A stretch of DNA of 64,000 bases from an uncultured Pseudomonadota bacterium (GCA_963843375.1 CAWJKT010000006.1:160001-224000), one strand, 5' to 3'. Counted from the stretch's first letter, positions 20,020-31,580 are shown. Translations and numbers: made by a program. The notes: a model not told the origin generated them from the letters alone.

Positions 20020-20202
20020 TTAGTTATTACTCAATCTGTTAAAACGCATCGGCAGCTTTTTTTCTTCCCTCAACCCTTCGGTGATCAACGCCGGGGATGA
20101 ATCCTTTTGGGAAACTTCACTCGGACCAATCAAGTCTTTCTCCCCCGCCAAGGAGCTGTTTTTTCGCTCCAATTCGTCCAAAAATTTTTTCAATCGGATC
20201 AT
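20020..20202 (-). CDS. Possible small hypothetical protein between murF and mraY
   Basis: 60 aa; ATGA overlap with the murF stop; fills the gap exactly. Confidence 0.35.
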   Translation of the reverse strand: MIRLKKFLDELERKNSSLAGEKDLIGPSEVSQKDSSPALITEGLREEKKLPMRFNRLSNN

Positions 20203-21545
20203 TTCTCGAATCCCTCGAGCATCTTTTCCAACCTCATTCCCCGGGAAGCTTTCAGCAAAACCGCGTCTCCGCGCTGGGTGGAACGGCGAAGAAAAGCCCT
20301 GGCGTCCTGAATATTTTCAAAGGCCCGGGCTTTGGATTGCTGCGTTTCGGTTAAGGCCTGGAAGGCCTTCTTCATTCGCTGTCCTACCAAAAGAACTTGA
20401 TCCACCGAGCTTTCCACCGCCCTTTTCACGATGCGGAAATGGGTTTCAGGGGAGAATTCCCCCAGTTCCAGCATGTCGCCCAGCACCGCCCATTTGCGTT
20501 CAGGCCCCTTCATTTGGTCAAAGGTGACCAGGGCCGCTTCCATGGAGGTCGGCGAGGCGTTGTAAGCGTCATTGATGAATAAAATTCCCTTCAAGTTTTT
20601 AATCTCCATTCGCATAGGCGCCCGGGACACGAAGGACCTCAGGCGGGTCGCCAAAGTCTTCAAGGGGATTCCCAATGCCAGCCCGGCGGAAACCGCCGCG
20701 GTTGAATTGCGGACATTGTGGGCCCCGGGCATGGATAGCCGGGTTTGAGCCGACTGGCCATCCGCTTGCAGTTCAAAACGAGTGCCCAAACCGTCGGCTT
20801 CCAGGTGAACGGCCCGAACCTGGCCCAGCTTCAATCCGAAAGTCATCACATTCTCGACATTAGTCCTCAACAAGGTGTCGTCCGCGTTCAAGATATTGAT
20901 TCCTCCCTTTCTTAAATGAGCCGCAATCTTCTTTTTTTCCTCCGCCAAATGCCGGGGGCTTCTGAAAAAACCCAAATGGGCTTCCCCGACGGCTGTCACC
21001 AGGGCCAGGTCGGGCCGGGCGATTTCCGAGAGATTTTCCATTTCCCCCGGATGGTTGATGCCCAGCTCCACTACCGCGACTTCATGCTCCTTCTTTAATC
21101 CCAACAGGGTTAAAGGCAGCCCCCATTGGTTGTTCAAATTTCCCTGGGTCTTCAGGACCCGAAAGGTTCCGCTTAATAAATGGGCGGCCATGTCCTTCAC
21201 CGTGGTCTTTCCCACGCTTCCGGTCACCGCCACCACCGGCCCGTTCCATTGAAGCCTTTGAGCCCTCCCCAATTGGCCCAAGGCTTCCGTCGTATCCCTC
21301 ACCAGAATCTGCGGCATCCCTCCCGGCACCTTCTTTGAAACAACCGCCGCCTTGGCGCCCTTCAGCGCCGCCTGCCTTAAAAACCGGTGGCCGTCCAACC
21401 GGACCCCCACGATGGCCACGAAAAGGTCGCCCCGCATTACGTTCCGGGTATCGTGGCGCACACCCAAAATCTTCTGCTCACCGTCCCCTTGGATGAGCCG
21501 GCCGTTGACGAGGGCCGCGGCCTCCCTCAAACTCCATGGCAACAT
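20199..21545 (-). CDS. murF: UDP-MurNAc-tripeptide--D-Ala-D-Ala ligase
   Basis: TGSVGKTT, NDAYNASP, LGDMLELG, KASRG. Confidence 0.97.
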   Translation of the reverse strand: MLPWSLREAAALVNGRLIQGDGEQKILGVRHDTRNVMRGDLFVAIVGVRLDGHRFLRQAALKGAKAAVVSKKVPGGMPQILVRDTTEALGQLGRAQRLQWNGPVVAVTGSVGKTTVKDMAAHLLSGTFRVLKTQGNLNNQWGLPLTLLGLKKEHEVAVVELGINHPGEMENLSEIARPDLALVTAVGEAHLGFFRSPRHLAEEKKKIAAHLRKGGINILNADDTLLRTNVENVMTFGLKLGQVRAVHLEADGLGTRFELQADGQSAQTRLSMPGAHNVRNSTAAVSAGLALGIPLKTLATRLRSFVSRAPMRMEIKNLKGILFINDAYNASPTSMEAALVTFDQMKGPERKWAVLGDMLELGEFSPETHFRIVKRAVESSVDQVLLVGQRMKKAFQALTETQQSKARAFENIQDARAFLRRSTQRGDAVLLKASRGMRLEKMLEGFEK

Positions 21546-23026
21546 TAATGAGTCTTCTTCATCTTCTTCAGAAGCTCCCGGCTCACTTCCCGGTCGTCGA
21601 AATGCTCTTTCTTATCCCCTATCACCTGATAGGTTTCATGGCCCTTGCCCGCAATCAAAACCAAGTCCCCCTTGTTCGCCATGGAAAGGGCCAGCCTTAT
21701 GGCCTCGGCCCTTTGTTCTTCCACCCAAACGCGGCGATGCCCGTTTTGCCTTAAGGGGTGGGGTATGCCTCTGAGAATGTCTTCCAATATGCTCTCGGGT
21801 TTTTCAGTGCGGGGATTGTCGGAGGTGACGACCGTCATGTCGGCTAGCTGGGATGAGATTTTCCCCATGAGGGGCCTTTTGGTGCGGTCCCGGTCCCCGC
21901 CGCATCCGAAAACCGAGATCAACTTGTGATGGCTTTTCTTTCCCAAAATTTCCCGGGAAGCCACCAGGGCCTGTTTCAGGGCATCGGGCGTATGGGCGTA
22001 ATCCACCAGCACGGTGAAATCCTGCCCCGCCGTCACTTTCTCGAACCGGCCCGGAACCGCCGGAGCGTGCTTGAGTCCGTCTTGAAGCGTTTCCCACGAG
22101 AGGCCCAATTCCCTTAACACCGAGATGGCCGCCAGGGAGTTGTAGATATTAAAAATCCCGGTCAGAGGAGCCTGGAAAAAATGGCCTTGGACTTCAAACC
22201 CGATATAACCCGGCCGGTGTTCGACCTTCAGCGCTTGATAAGCGCATTTGGCCTTAAGGCCGTAACCAACAGCTTTGGATTTGAGTTCACCCAATAGTTT
22301 TTGGCCATAAACATCGTCCGCGTTAACGGCCCGGGCATTGACGCTTGGAAACTCGGCAAACAAACGGCGCTTGGCGCGGAAGTAATTAGTGAAATTCTTG
22401 TGATAGTCCAGATGGTCACGGCCCAAATTGGTGAAAACCGCGCCCTTAAAGTCGATTCCCAAAACCCTTTTCATTTCCAAAGCGTGGGAAGAGACTTCCA
22501 TCACGCACCACTTGCATTTTTGGCGGAACATCTCATCGAGCAATTTCACGATCACCAGCGAGGAAGGCGTGGTGTTGTTCGCCTCGTATTGTTTATTCCC
22601 AATCTGATAGGCAATCGTGCCGATGAGACCCGCGGGCTGTCCCGCTCTTTCCAAGATGGAGCGGATAAGATAGGTCGTGGTTGTTTTTCCCTTGGTGCCG
22701 GTCACCCCGATCACTTTCACTTTTTTGGAAGGATCTCCATAATAAAGATGCGCCAATCGCGCCAGGGCTTCCCGGCTGTCCTTGACCACCAGTTGAGGCA
22801 GAGCCAACCCCTTCAACGGCTTTTCCTGCGCCACGACCGCCAGGGCGCCCAATGCCCTCGCTTCCTCGGCGTAAACGCGGCCATTCACCTTGGCTCCGGG
22901 GATACAGACAAAAAGATCTCCGGCGCGAGTTTGCTTCGAGTTCTCCGAAATCCCCGACAAATCCGGGTTTCCTTTACCCACCACCCTCACGCCTTTCATC
23001 TTGCGAGCCAGGGAAAGTAATTTCAC
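21545..23026 (-). CDS. murE: UDP-MurNAc-dipeptide--meso-DAP ligase
   Basis: TGTKGKTT, MEVSSH, DYAHTPD, DNPR (DAP-type motif), AGKGHE. Confidence 0.97.
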   Translation of the reverse strand: MKLLSLARKMKGVRVVGKGNPDLSGISENSKQTRAGDLFVCIPGAKVNGRVYAEEARALGALAVVAQEKPLKGLALPQLVVKDSREALARLAHLYYGDPSKKVKVIGVTGTKGKTTTTYLIRSILERAGQPAGLIGTIAYQIGNKQYEANNTTPSSLVIVKLLDEMFRQKCKWCVMEVSSHALEMKRVLGIDFKGAVFTNLGRDHLDYHKNFTNYFRAKRRLFAEFPSVNARAVNADDVYGQKLLGELKSKAVGYGLKAKCAYQALKVEHRPGYIGFEVQGHFFQAPLTGIFNIYNSLAAISVLRELGLSWETLQDGLKHAPAVPGRFEKVTAGQDFTVLVDYAHTPDALKQALVASREILGKKSHHKLISVFGCGGDRDRTKRPLMGKISSQLADMTVVTSDNPRTEKPESILEDILRGIPHPLRQNGHRRVWVEEQRAEAIRLALSMANKGDLVLIAGKGHETYQVIGDKKEHFDDREVSRELLKKMKKTH

Positions 23027-25164
23027 GAGTTCCCTCCCATGTCCGCCGATTCGGCTTTAGCCACGGGCACTTCACAGTTCAAGTCACAAGGCGTATTGTT
23101 CGCGATGGCGCGTCCCGCGTTGGGGAATTGGCTTCTCACCACGCCTTCGCCTTTAAAATTAACCCGGACTCCCAATGGAGCTAAAAGAGCCAGGGCTTGG
23201 CGCTTGGTCTTTCCCCTTAAATCCGGCATCAAGCCGGCGGTGGGGTTGTATTCGGGCTCGCCTAAAGTGAGCAGGATGGTGGATTGCTGCCGGGGGTCGG
23301 TGGAAAGCGAAGTTCCAGACGGCTGGGATTGGGCCACTACCCTTTGTCCTTTTCCGCTGAACTTGACATTGAGATGGTCGTTTTGCGCCAGCCATTTGCA
23401 CTGGGATGGCGTGAGTCCCGCGAATGAAGGAACCGAATGTTGATTTCCAACCGGGGCGTTCAGCACCGTTGGATCGTTCCCCGGGACCATGTCATAAACC
23501 AGCGCCCTTTTGGCCACTTCCTTGAAAACCGGCCCGGCCGTGTAGCCGCCCCAATAAATTCCGCGCGGATCATCCAGCGAGACATAAATGACAAACTTGG
23601 GGTTTTGAGCCGGGACAAACCCGATAAAAGAGGAAACGTAGTTGTATTTGGAGTAATGGCCGTTCATGAATTTGTAAGCCGTGCCTGTCTTGCCCGCGAT
23701 GTCATAGGAAGGCAGCGCCACTGCCGTGCCCGTTCCTTTTTCCACAACCCACTTCATCATTTCCGTCATGCGCTTGGAGGTTTTAACCGAACATACCCTG
23801 CGGATTTTCTTGGGGCCGAATTCCTTGACGATCCTTCCGTCCGCGGTCTCCAGCGCCTTCACCAAGTAAGGGCGCATCATGACCCCGTTATTGGCGATGG
23901 CTGCGTAAGCGTCCAGCATCTGGATCGGTGTCGTGGAAACCTCATAACCATAGGGAATGGAAGTAAGGGAAAGACCGCTCCACTTGTCCAGGGGCCGCAA
24001 TTTCCCCGGGGATTCCCCCGGAAGATCGATGCCGGTTAAATCCCCGATTCCAAATTTTTTGGCGTAATGATAAAGATTCTCTTTTCCCAACTTCATGCTG
24101 ACCTTGACCATTCCGATATTGCTGGAATAACCGAAGACCTCGCGAAAAGTAAGCCAGCCAAACTTCTCGTGATCCGTCACCACACGGCCATAATCGGTGT
24201 GGTACTCGCCGTTTTCGCAAAAAAACTTGTCATCTTCGCTGACCACTCCCTCTTCCAGGGCGCCCACGGCCGCGATCAGCTTGAAGGTGCTACCGGGCTC
24301 GAACTCGTCGTTCACCACTCGGTCACGCCAATATTCCTTGGGAGAATCGGAGAAATGGTTGGGATCGTAATTGGGATAGTTGGCGAGGGCCAGTATTTCG
24401 CCCGTCAGGGGGTTCATCACCACTATGGAAGCGGCTTTACAGCGGTACTTGTCAAAAGCCTTCTCCAGTTCCACCTGGGCGATATGTTGAATCGTCTTGT
24501 CCAGTGTCGTCACGATGTTGAGCCCGTCCACATTAGCCATCACCGATTTGTTGTCGGCCAAGACCACCCGTCCCCGGGCGTCCCGCTCGGTGAGAATGAG
24601 CCCTTTTTTCCCCGTGAGGGCGGACTCGTAATAACGCTCCAACCCATCCAAACCCTGGTCGTCGATCCCGGTAAAACCCAAAACATGGGCGGCCATCTCA
24701 TGGTCGGGATAAAAACGGCGCTGTTCCCGGGTGGCTTCAATACCTTCCAGTTTCATGCCTTCCACCGCGTCGGAACGCTCATAGGGCACCTGGCGGGCCA
24801 CCCAAACAAAGGGCTTGTCGCCCGAAATCTTGTAAAGCATCTCCCCGTAAGGCAACCCCAAAGCATGGGATAGGGCCGCGGCCGTATTGGCCTTGTCGGT
24901 GATTTGATTGGGATGAGCGCAGACATTGAACAGCCCGATATTCATCGCCAGCGCGTCTCCGGAGCGGTCCTCGATCATCCCGCGCGAGGGAGTGGTTTCC
25001 TTGGGGGTGTATTGCTGGTGATAGGCCAATTGGCGGAATTCGGTGTGTTTGAAAACCTGAAGGTAAACCAGTCTTCCTTCCACGCAAAGGATGGAGAATA
25101 AAAGAACCGACTCCAACAGGAGGATCCTCTTTTGCATTTGGGTGTAATACCTAAGCGCGCTCAT
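23023..25164 (-). CDS. ftsI: Division class B PBP (FtsI/PBP3-like) with two C-terminal PASTA domains
   Basis: EPGSTFK (SxxK), SSN, KTGT; VPSFAGLT and MPDLRGKT PASTA starts. ATG at 25164 overlaps the ftsL stop. Confidence 0.95.
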   Translation of the reverse strand: MSALRYYTQMQKRILLLESVLLFSILCVEGRLVYLQVFKHTEFRQLAYHQQYTPKETTPSRGMIEDRSGDALAMNIGLFNVCAHPNQITDKANTAAALSHALGLPYGEMLYKISGDKPFVWVARQVPYERSDAVEGMKLEGIEATREQRRFYPDHEMAAHVLGFTGIDDQGLDGLERYYESALTGKKGLILTERDARGRVVLADNKSVMANVDGLNIVTTLDKTIQHIAQVELEKAFDKYRCKAASIVVMNPLTGEILALANYPNYDPNHFSDSPKEYWRDRVVNDEFEPGSTFKLIAAVGALEEGVVSEDDKFFCENGEYHTDYGRVVTDHEKFGWLTFREVFGYSSNIGMVKVSMKLGKENLYHYAKKFGIGDLTGIDLPGESPGKLRPLDKWSGLSLTSIPYGYEVSTTPIQMLDAYAAIANNGVMMRPYLVKALETADGRIVKEFGPKKIRRVCSVKTSKRMTEMMKWVVEKGTGTAVALPSYDIAGKTGTAYKFMNGHYSKYNYVSSFIGFVPAQNPKFVIYVSLDDPRGIYWGGYTAGPVFKEVAKRALVYDMVPGNDPTVLNAPVGNQHSVPSFAGLTPSQCKWLAQNDHLNVKFSGKGQRVVAQSQPSGTSLSTDPRQQSTILLTLGEPEYNPTAGLMPDLRGKTKRQALALLAPLGVRVNFKGEGVVRSQFPNAGRAIANNTPCDLNCEVPVAKAESADMGGNS

Positions 25165-25601
25165 GGTTTGTCCACCTTCTTCATGGCCGCGGCCCAAAAA
25201 GTAAACCACTTCGGATAATAATCCGGCTCCTCATCCAAGATGACGATTTGATCCGATCGGGGCGTCACCATCCCCAATTGTTCCCTCGCTATTTTTTCAA
25301 CCCTGGAGAGGCTGTTGACTTCATGCATCTGGTACTTCAAGTAGTAATATTGGTTGGTCAATTGTTGCTTCTGGGTTTTCAAGCTTTGGACCTCATAACT
25401 GAGCTTGACCACCTGCATGTGCTGCCAAACGTAAAAAAAAAGGAACAAGCTCAAGACCAAAACGCCCCAAAAGGTTCCCTTGAAATCCTTTCGCTGGACG
25501 GCTTTCGCCAGGTTGCCCCGCCAGAAAAGGTCGGCGTTAAGGGCTTCGCCGGCGGTTGAGAAAATTTGTTCCTTCATGGAAGCGGCTTCGGTTGTTCTCA
25601 A
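25161..25601 (-). CDS. ftsL: Cell division protein FtsL
   Basis: TM plus coiled coil plus RVEKIAREQLGMVTP; located between rsmH and ftsI. Start may be ATG 25578. Confidence 0.88.
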   Translation of the reverse strand: MRTTEAASMKEQIFSTAGEALNADLFWRGNLAKAVQRKDFKGTFWGVLVLSLFLFFYVWQHMQVVKLSYEVQSLKTQKQQLTNQYYYLKYQMHEVNSLSRVEKIAREQLGMVTPRSDQIVILDEEPDYYPKWFTFWAAAMKKVDKP

Positions 25602-26560
25602 GCCGCCCCCTCCATACGAAGTTTTTCAGCCGCGCGCAGCTTGGCACTGCGCGCCCGGGAATTTTGATCCAATTCCGCCTGGGAAGCCGTCACGGGTTTA
25701 GGCGTGAGAATTCGAAGCGAAGCCTTGTGGCCGCAGACACATTGGGGGATTTCAGGAGGGCACAGACAGTCGGTCGCCTCCGTTTTGAAGAATTGTTTGA
25801 CGATGCGGTCTTCCAGGGAATGGAAAGTGATGACCGCGATCCGGCCGCCGGGCTTGAGCACTCCGAGCGACGTTTTCAGGCCTTTTTCCAGTATTTCCAG
25901 TTCACGGTTGACTTCAATACGAATGGCTTGGAAAAGCCGCGTAGCGGGGTGCCTGGAGGACGTCCCTTTTTTATGCCGGGGCTTCGCGCAGACACGCTTG
26001 GCGAGATCAGCTAATTCGCTCGTGTTTTCAATCGGCTTTTGAGATCTCGCCTTCACGATGGCCCGGGCTAAAGCGCGCGCCTTGGGCTCTTCGCCGTATT
26101 CAAAAATGATTTTGGAGAGTTTTTCTTCCGTATAGGTGTTGATGACCCAAGCCGCCGTATGGCCGCTGGTCGTGTCCATGCGCATGTCCAAAGGCCCTTC
26201 CTGGTTGAAGGAAAAGCCGCGGTGCGCCGAATCCAATTGAAGTGAGGATACGCCGATATCCATCAACACGCTGTCAACCTCGCTGATCGAGAGATCTTTG
26301 AGCACCCACAGGAGGTCGGCGAAGTTGGCCTTGAACAGGGAGACCCGGGGGTCTTTCCTGAGTGCTAGGCCTGCGTGTTGAAGGGCATCGACATCCTGGT
26401 CCAACCCAACCAAGCGGCCCCTCGGCAGGAGTTTTAACAATTCCTGGGAGTGACCGCCCATCCCGACCGTGAGATCCAAAACAACCCCGTCGGGAGGGGG
26501 GGACAACAACTCCACCGCTTCTTTTAACAGAACCGGTAAGTGGACTTGATCAGCTGTCAA
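25598..26560 (-). CDS. rsmH: 16S rRNA m4C1402 methyltransferase
   Basis: HLPVLLKE, DLTVGMGGHS, GVSSLQLD, RGFSF, FHSLEDRIVK, RARSAKLR. Start taken at TTG 26560. Confidence 0.97.
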   Translation of the reverse strand: MTADQVHLPVLLKEAVELLSPPPDGVVLDLTVGMGGHSQELLKLLPRGRLVGLDQDVDALQHAGLALRKDPRVSLFKANFADLLWVLKDLSISEVDSVLMDIGVSSLQLDSAHRGFSFNQEGPLDMRMDTTSGHTAAWVINTYTEEKLSKIIFEYGEEPKARALARAIVKARSQKPIENTSELADLAKRVCAKPRHKKGTSSRHPATRLFQAIRIEVNRELEILEKGLKTSLGVLKPGGRIAVITFHSLEDRIVKQFFKTEATDCLCPPEIPQCVCGHKASLRILTPKPVTASQAELDQNSRARSAKLRAAEKLRMEGAA

Positions 26561-26885
26561 AACGGGCGACGGCTTCATCCTCGTCAAAAACCACGTCAAA
26601 GTTGGAATAGGCTCCGACCAACTTGAAGAGGTTCGCGACATAAGGAATGAGACCGACCAACTTGATTTCCCCGCCCAGGGCTTTAAAGCGTTGATTCCTT
26701 TCGGCTAACTTCGAAATGGCGTTGAGTGAAACGTGTTTCACTTGGCGGAAGTTTAAGACAACCTTGTTTTTGTTCCCCAAAACTAAATCCGTCATGGAGC
26801 GAAGCACGGCCTCCATATCACCCAGGCCAATATCTCCGCTCAAGCGCAGGACCGTCACGGTTTCTGTCGATGTCGAAACTGCCAT
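26550..26885 (-). CDS. STAS-domain (anti-sigma antagonist-like) protein 2
   Basis: VLRLSGDI, VVLNFRQVKHVS, GGEIKLVGL, LFKLVG. ATG at 26885 follows AAGGA. Confidence 0.85.
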   Translation of the reverse strand: MAVSTSTETVTVLRLSGDIGLGDMEAVLRSMTDLVLGNKNKVVLNFRQVKHVSLNAISKLAERNQRFKALGGEIKLVGLIPYVANLFKLVGAYSNFDVVFDEDEAVARFDS

Positions 26886-26942
26886 TTTTATCCTTTTAAA
26901 ATATCTTGCTGCCAAACCCAAACTACCGGCTCTTGACCGGCT

Positions 26943-27296
26943 TTAAGCCACGGCGATTTTGCGGCCGGTTTTTTCCATCATCTCGGCGACGTTCTGGTAG
27001 ATTTCGAAAAGCGTATCCACGCCCATGATTCTAAAAAGATGCATGAGACGGCTGTTCAATCCCACAATCTTCAGATCCCCCCTCTTGAAGCGCACGTGAT
27101 TCCAGTGGTTGACCAGGGCCCCCAACCCCTTGGCGTTCATGAACGAAACGTCGGTCAAATCCAAAACCACCCGCATATAACCCTTTTTCATCAGCATCTC
27201 GATGGCGTTCCCCAGTTTTCCCAGGTCTTCCTCGCTCATATCACCGTTCACATGCACCAGCGAGAATTTTTCTTTTATTTCGATTCCAATTTCCAT
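26943..27296 (-). CDS. STAS-domain (anti-sigma antagonist-like) protein 1
   Basis: VHVNGDM, VVLDLTDVSFMNAKGLGALV, GDLKIVGLN, LFRIMGVD; GGAGG RBS. Confidence 0.88.
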   Translation of the reverse strand: MEIGIEIKEKFSLVHVNGDMSEEDLGKLGNAIEMLMKKGYMRVVLDLTDVSFMNAKGLGALVNHWNHVRFKRGDLKIVGLNSRLMHLFRIMGVDTLFEIYQNVAEMMEKTGRKIAVA

Positions 27297-27360
27297 CCTT
27301 CAACCTCCAGAAAATCCGTTGACCCAGAGGGACGCCTTTCAGGGTCGTCCACCGGCTCGG

Positions 27361-27819
27361 TTAAAGGTTCAAAGATTGAATGCCCTTGTCAGAGAGCTTT
27401 TGCCCCAAAAGTTCCAATGATTGAGACGTCTGCGCGTGGTAATTTTCATATTTCGCCTTGTCCCAAATCTCCACGCGATGAAGCATGCCCACAATCACCA
27501 CGCTTTTTCCCAGACCCGCCTCTTTTCGCAAAACCGGCGAAATCACGATGCGCCCCTGTTGGTCGATCTCCACTTCGTCAGTAGCCCGAAGAACGGTTCT
27601 TTGAAACTGGCGAACTTCGGCGTTCAGGGTGTCGAGCGAGGAAAGCTTCTCCTCGATTTTTTTCCAAGCGTCCATCGGGTAAAGAAAAAGGCATTGATCA
27701 AACCCCAAGGTCAAAACCAAGGGCGTTTCGTGATCGCTTTTGATCTGTTCACGAAACCGGGCCGGAATGTTCAAGCGGCCCTTGTCGTCGACGGTGTTAT
27801 GAAAAATCCCTCGGAACAC
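27361..27819 (-). CDS. mraZ: Transcriptional regulator MraZ
   Basis: FRGIFHNTVDDKGRLNIPARFR, DQQGRI, VEIWD. GTG at 27819 follows GGAG. Confidence 0.96.
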   Translation of the reverse strand: MFRGIFHNTVDDKGRLNIPARFREQIKSDHETPLVLTLGFDQCLFLYPMDAWKKIEEKLSSLDTLNAEVRQFQRTVLRATDEVEIDQQGRIVISPVLRKEAGLGKSVVIVGMLHRVEIWDKAKYENYHAQTSQSLELLGQKLSDKGIQSLNL

Positions 27820-27915
27820 TTTTTCTCCACTTTCCAAAGAACAATTCCCGGGATTTAAACCCGGGATAATCAACATGGTTTTTGTTGCAGAATAAGGGTT
27901 TTTGGGGGTTTTAAA

Positions 27916-27975
27916 CCACTTTAACCCACTATTCCCCACTTCGAGCCATTATGCTCTACTTTTCTTGTCCGTCAA
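27916..27975 (-). promoter_or_regulatory. dcw promoter (TTGACG-N16-CATAAT) followed by three MraZ-type GTGG boxes
   Basis: Minus strand: TTGACG (27975-27970), CATAAT (27953-27948), then AGTGG at a 10-bp period (27940, 27930, 27920). Confidence 0.75.
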
Positions 27976-28080
27976 GCGATTTTTCTTTTAAAAATGGGGG
28001 ATTTTACATAGGGCCAAAGTGGGGCGATGGGGGTAAACTGCGATTGTTTTAGTGTTTTTTAGAACTTCGGGGACCTTTGG

Positions 28081-28657
28081 ATGAGTCAAAAGACGCAAAA
28101 CACCGCAAAAATAAGGCCATTTTTGAGTGGTTTTAACCCTATTGGGAGGCTTAACTGGGTGCGGCCAACCCACCGTCAAAACCCACCCTCTTCCCCAATC
28201 CCTTCCCACTCAAAGGGTGTTCAAAGCCTCAGTTTATAAGGTTCAGAAAGCCATCAGCAAAAGTTTTAAATCCGATCCCGATAATCTTTTTCAGGATCTC
28301 CCTGATTTCCCCCCGGCTTTTTCTCTGTATTGGAAAGGAAGTCACCATCCTGAAGAAATAACGATCTTTAAAAATCCCGTGAACGAAAATGACGTCTATA
28401 TCAGTTGTAATGAAACGCCCATTTGTAAAACAAAAGTTTATACCGATTGGAGGGGAAGGCCTTTAGAGTTTTTGGCGGATTTTCAACTTCATCTCATTCC
28501 CCAGGGCGCGAAAGAAACGCTCGTGAGGATCATTACGGTTCATCCAAAAGTGATGGCGGGAAAAACTCAATTGGACGTCCAGCCGACGACCGCCGAAGAA
28601 AACGAAATACTTAATTCGATCGAAAAAAATTTAAAAACCAAAACCAAAAATTCTTGA
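28081..28657 (+). CDS. Hypothetical lipoprotein; one extra base near 28126 separates the likely ATG start
   Basis: Lipobox LTGC after a hydrophobic stretch; ATG 28081 joins the frame if TTG-A-GTG loses one base. Confidence 0.65.
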
Positions 28658-28659
28658 TT

Positions 28660-28902
28660 TTATTTTGGAGTGTCGGAAGTGTTGTTTTGGTTGCTGTCGG
28701 AGGTGATCATGGTTCTTCCCATGATCATCAGGAAAAAACAAAAGGCCACAACCATGATCGTCAAAAGAATAAGATTCTTTAGCGGCATTTTAGTCAGGTC
28801 GCGCGTGGATTTCTTGGGCGGCTTGGCCTTGAAATCGTGCCAACAGTTATCGCAAATTTTATCCGACTGACTCATCTTTTGACATTTGGGACAAATAACC
28901 AT
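28660..28902 (-). CDS. Small zinc-ribbon membrane protein
   Basis: CPKC...CDNC followed by one TM helix. Confidence 0.7.
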   Translation of the reverse strand: MVICPKCQKMSQSDKICDNCWHDFKAKPPKKSTRDLTKMPLKNLILLTIMVVAFCFFLMIMGRTMITSDSNQNNTSDTPK

Positions 28903-28918
28903 CCCCGACTCCCTTCCC

Positions 28919-30411
<1,493 letters not shown>

Positions 30412-30524
30412 AAAACCCCTCGAATAATCTTCTTAAACCTGCGGAGCCCAAATCATTCACGCTCGGGCTCTTGGTTTCTCCCAGTCCAAAAATCCCGAAC
30501 TTTTAAACACACTTATCCCCGGAT

Positions 30525-31279
30525 TTAAGAAGGTTTCTTTTCGAAGTCAAAAAGATCTATGTGAAATCCCATCTTGCTCAAGCGAAACAGAAAAGCGATC
30601 CAAAGGCAACCAATGCCATACTTGGTGCTTCGCATGAAATTGATGGAGGAAGCTTCGGGAAAGTATTTGGCCGGACAGGTGATTTCGGCGATTCGAAACC
30701 CCAGGTAATGGATCTGTGAGAGCATCTCATTGTCGAAAATAAAATCATCGGAGTTTTTCTCCATGTGAACGCTGTGAAGCACTTTTCGGGTGAAGGCCCG
30801 GTATCCCGTGTGGTATTCGGACAATTTCGCGCCCATCAAGAGGTTTTGCGCGAGGGTCAAAAAACGGTTGCTGATATATTTATAGAGAGGCATTCCGCCC
30901 TTCAAAGCCTGTCCGCCCAAAATCCTGGAACCCAGCACCACATCATATTCCTCGCTTGCCAGCAAATAAGCCATGGAGGGAATGAGCTTGGGGGTATATT
31001 GGTAATCCGGGTGCAGCATGATGACGATATCTGCCTTGCTTTTTAAGGCCGCGGCATAGCAGGTTTTTTGATTGCCCCCGTACCCCCGGTTTTTGGGGAT
31101 GGACAAAGGTTTTGATCTTCAGCTTTTTCGCCACTTTGGCCGTTTCGTCCGCGCTGGCGTCGTCCACCAGAATGATCTCATCCACGATATCCTGGGGCAC
31201 TTCATCGATAAGTTTTTTTCAAGGTCTTAGCGGCGTTATAAGCCGGCATGACAACCACGATTTTCTTTTTGTGGATCAT
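30525..31279 (-). CDS. GT2 glycosyltransferase (DPM1-like), two frameshifts
   Basis: VVVMPAYNAAKTL, ILVDDAS, NRGYGGNQK, HPDYQY, EYHTGYRAF. Confidence 0.88.
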
Positions 31280-31313
31280 TTCAATTTCTCCTGAAAATGT
31301 TTTTCTTATAAAT

Positions 31314-31580
31314 TTAGTTGGAAGACTTCAACATGCGGATGCCAACCAAAAGAACGACCGCCCCCAAGACATAAACCCCAAAAGTCTCCAACCAGCCGTT
31401 AACGGAAAGATGAAAAAAATTGGCGAGAAAACCGCCCAGAAGGGCCCCCAGGATTCCCACGACCATATCGGGAATAATACCCATACCTTTGCCCTGAACC
31501 AGTTTGCTGGCCAGCCATCCGGCGAGAATGCCCACGACTATTATACTGATGAGGCTATGGACGTCTTGAATCGGGGTCAT
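31314..31580 (-). CDS. GlsB/YeaQ/YmgE (transglycosylase-associated) membrane protein
   Basis: GILAGWLA, VVGILGALLGG, VLGAVVLL. Confidence 0.85.
   Translation of the reverse strand: MTPIQDVHSLISIIVVGILAGWLASKLVQGKGMGIIPDMVVGILGALLGGFLANFFHLSVNGWLETFGVYVLGAVVLLVGIRMLKSSN

Noticed and set aside
8254..27858. Long plus-strand ORFs over the dcw genes
   Set aside because: Antisense shadows of GC-rich coding sequence, with no recognisable motifs.
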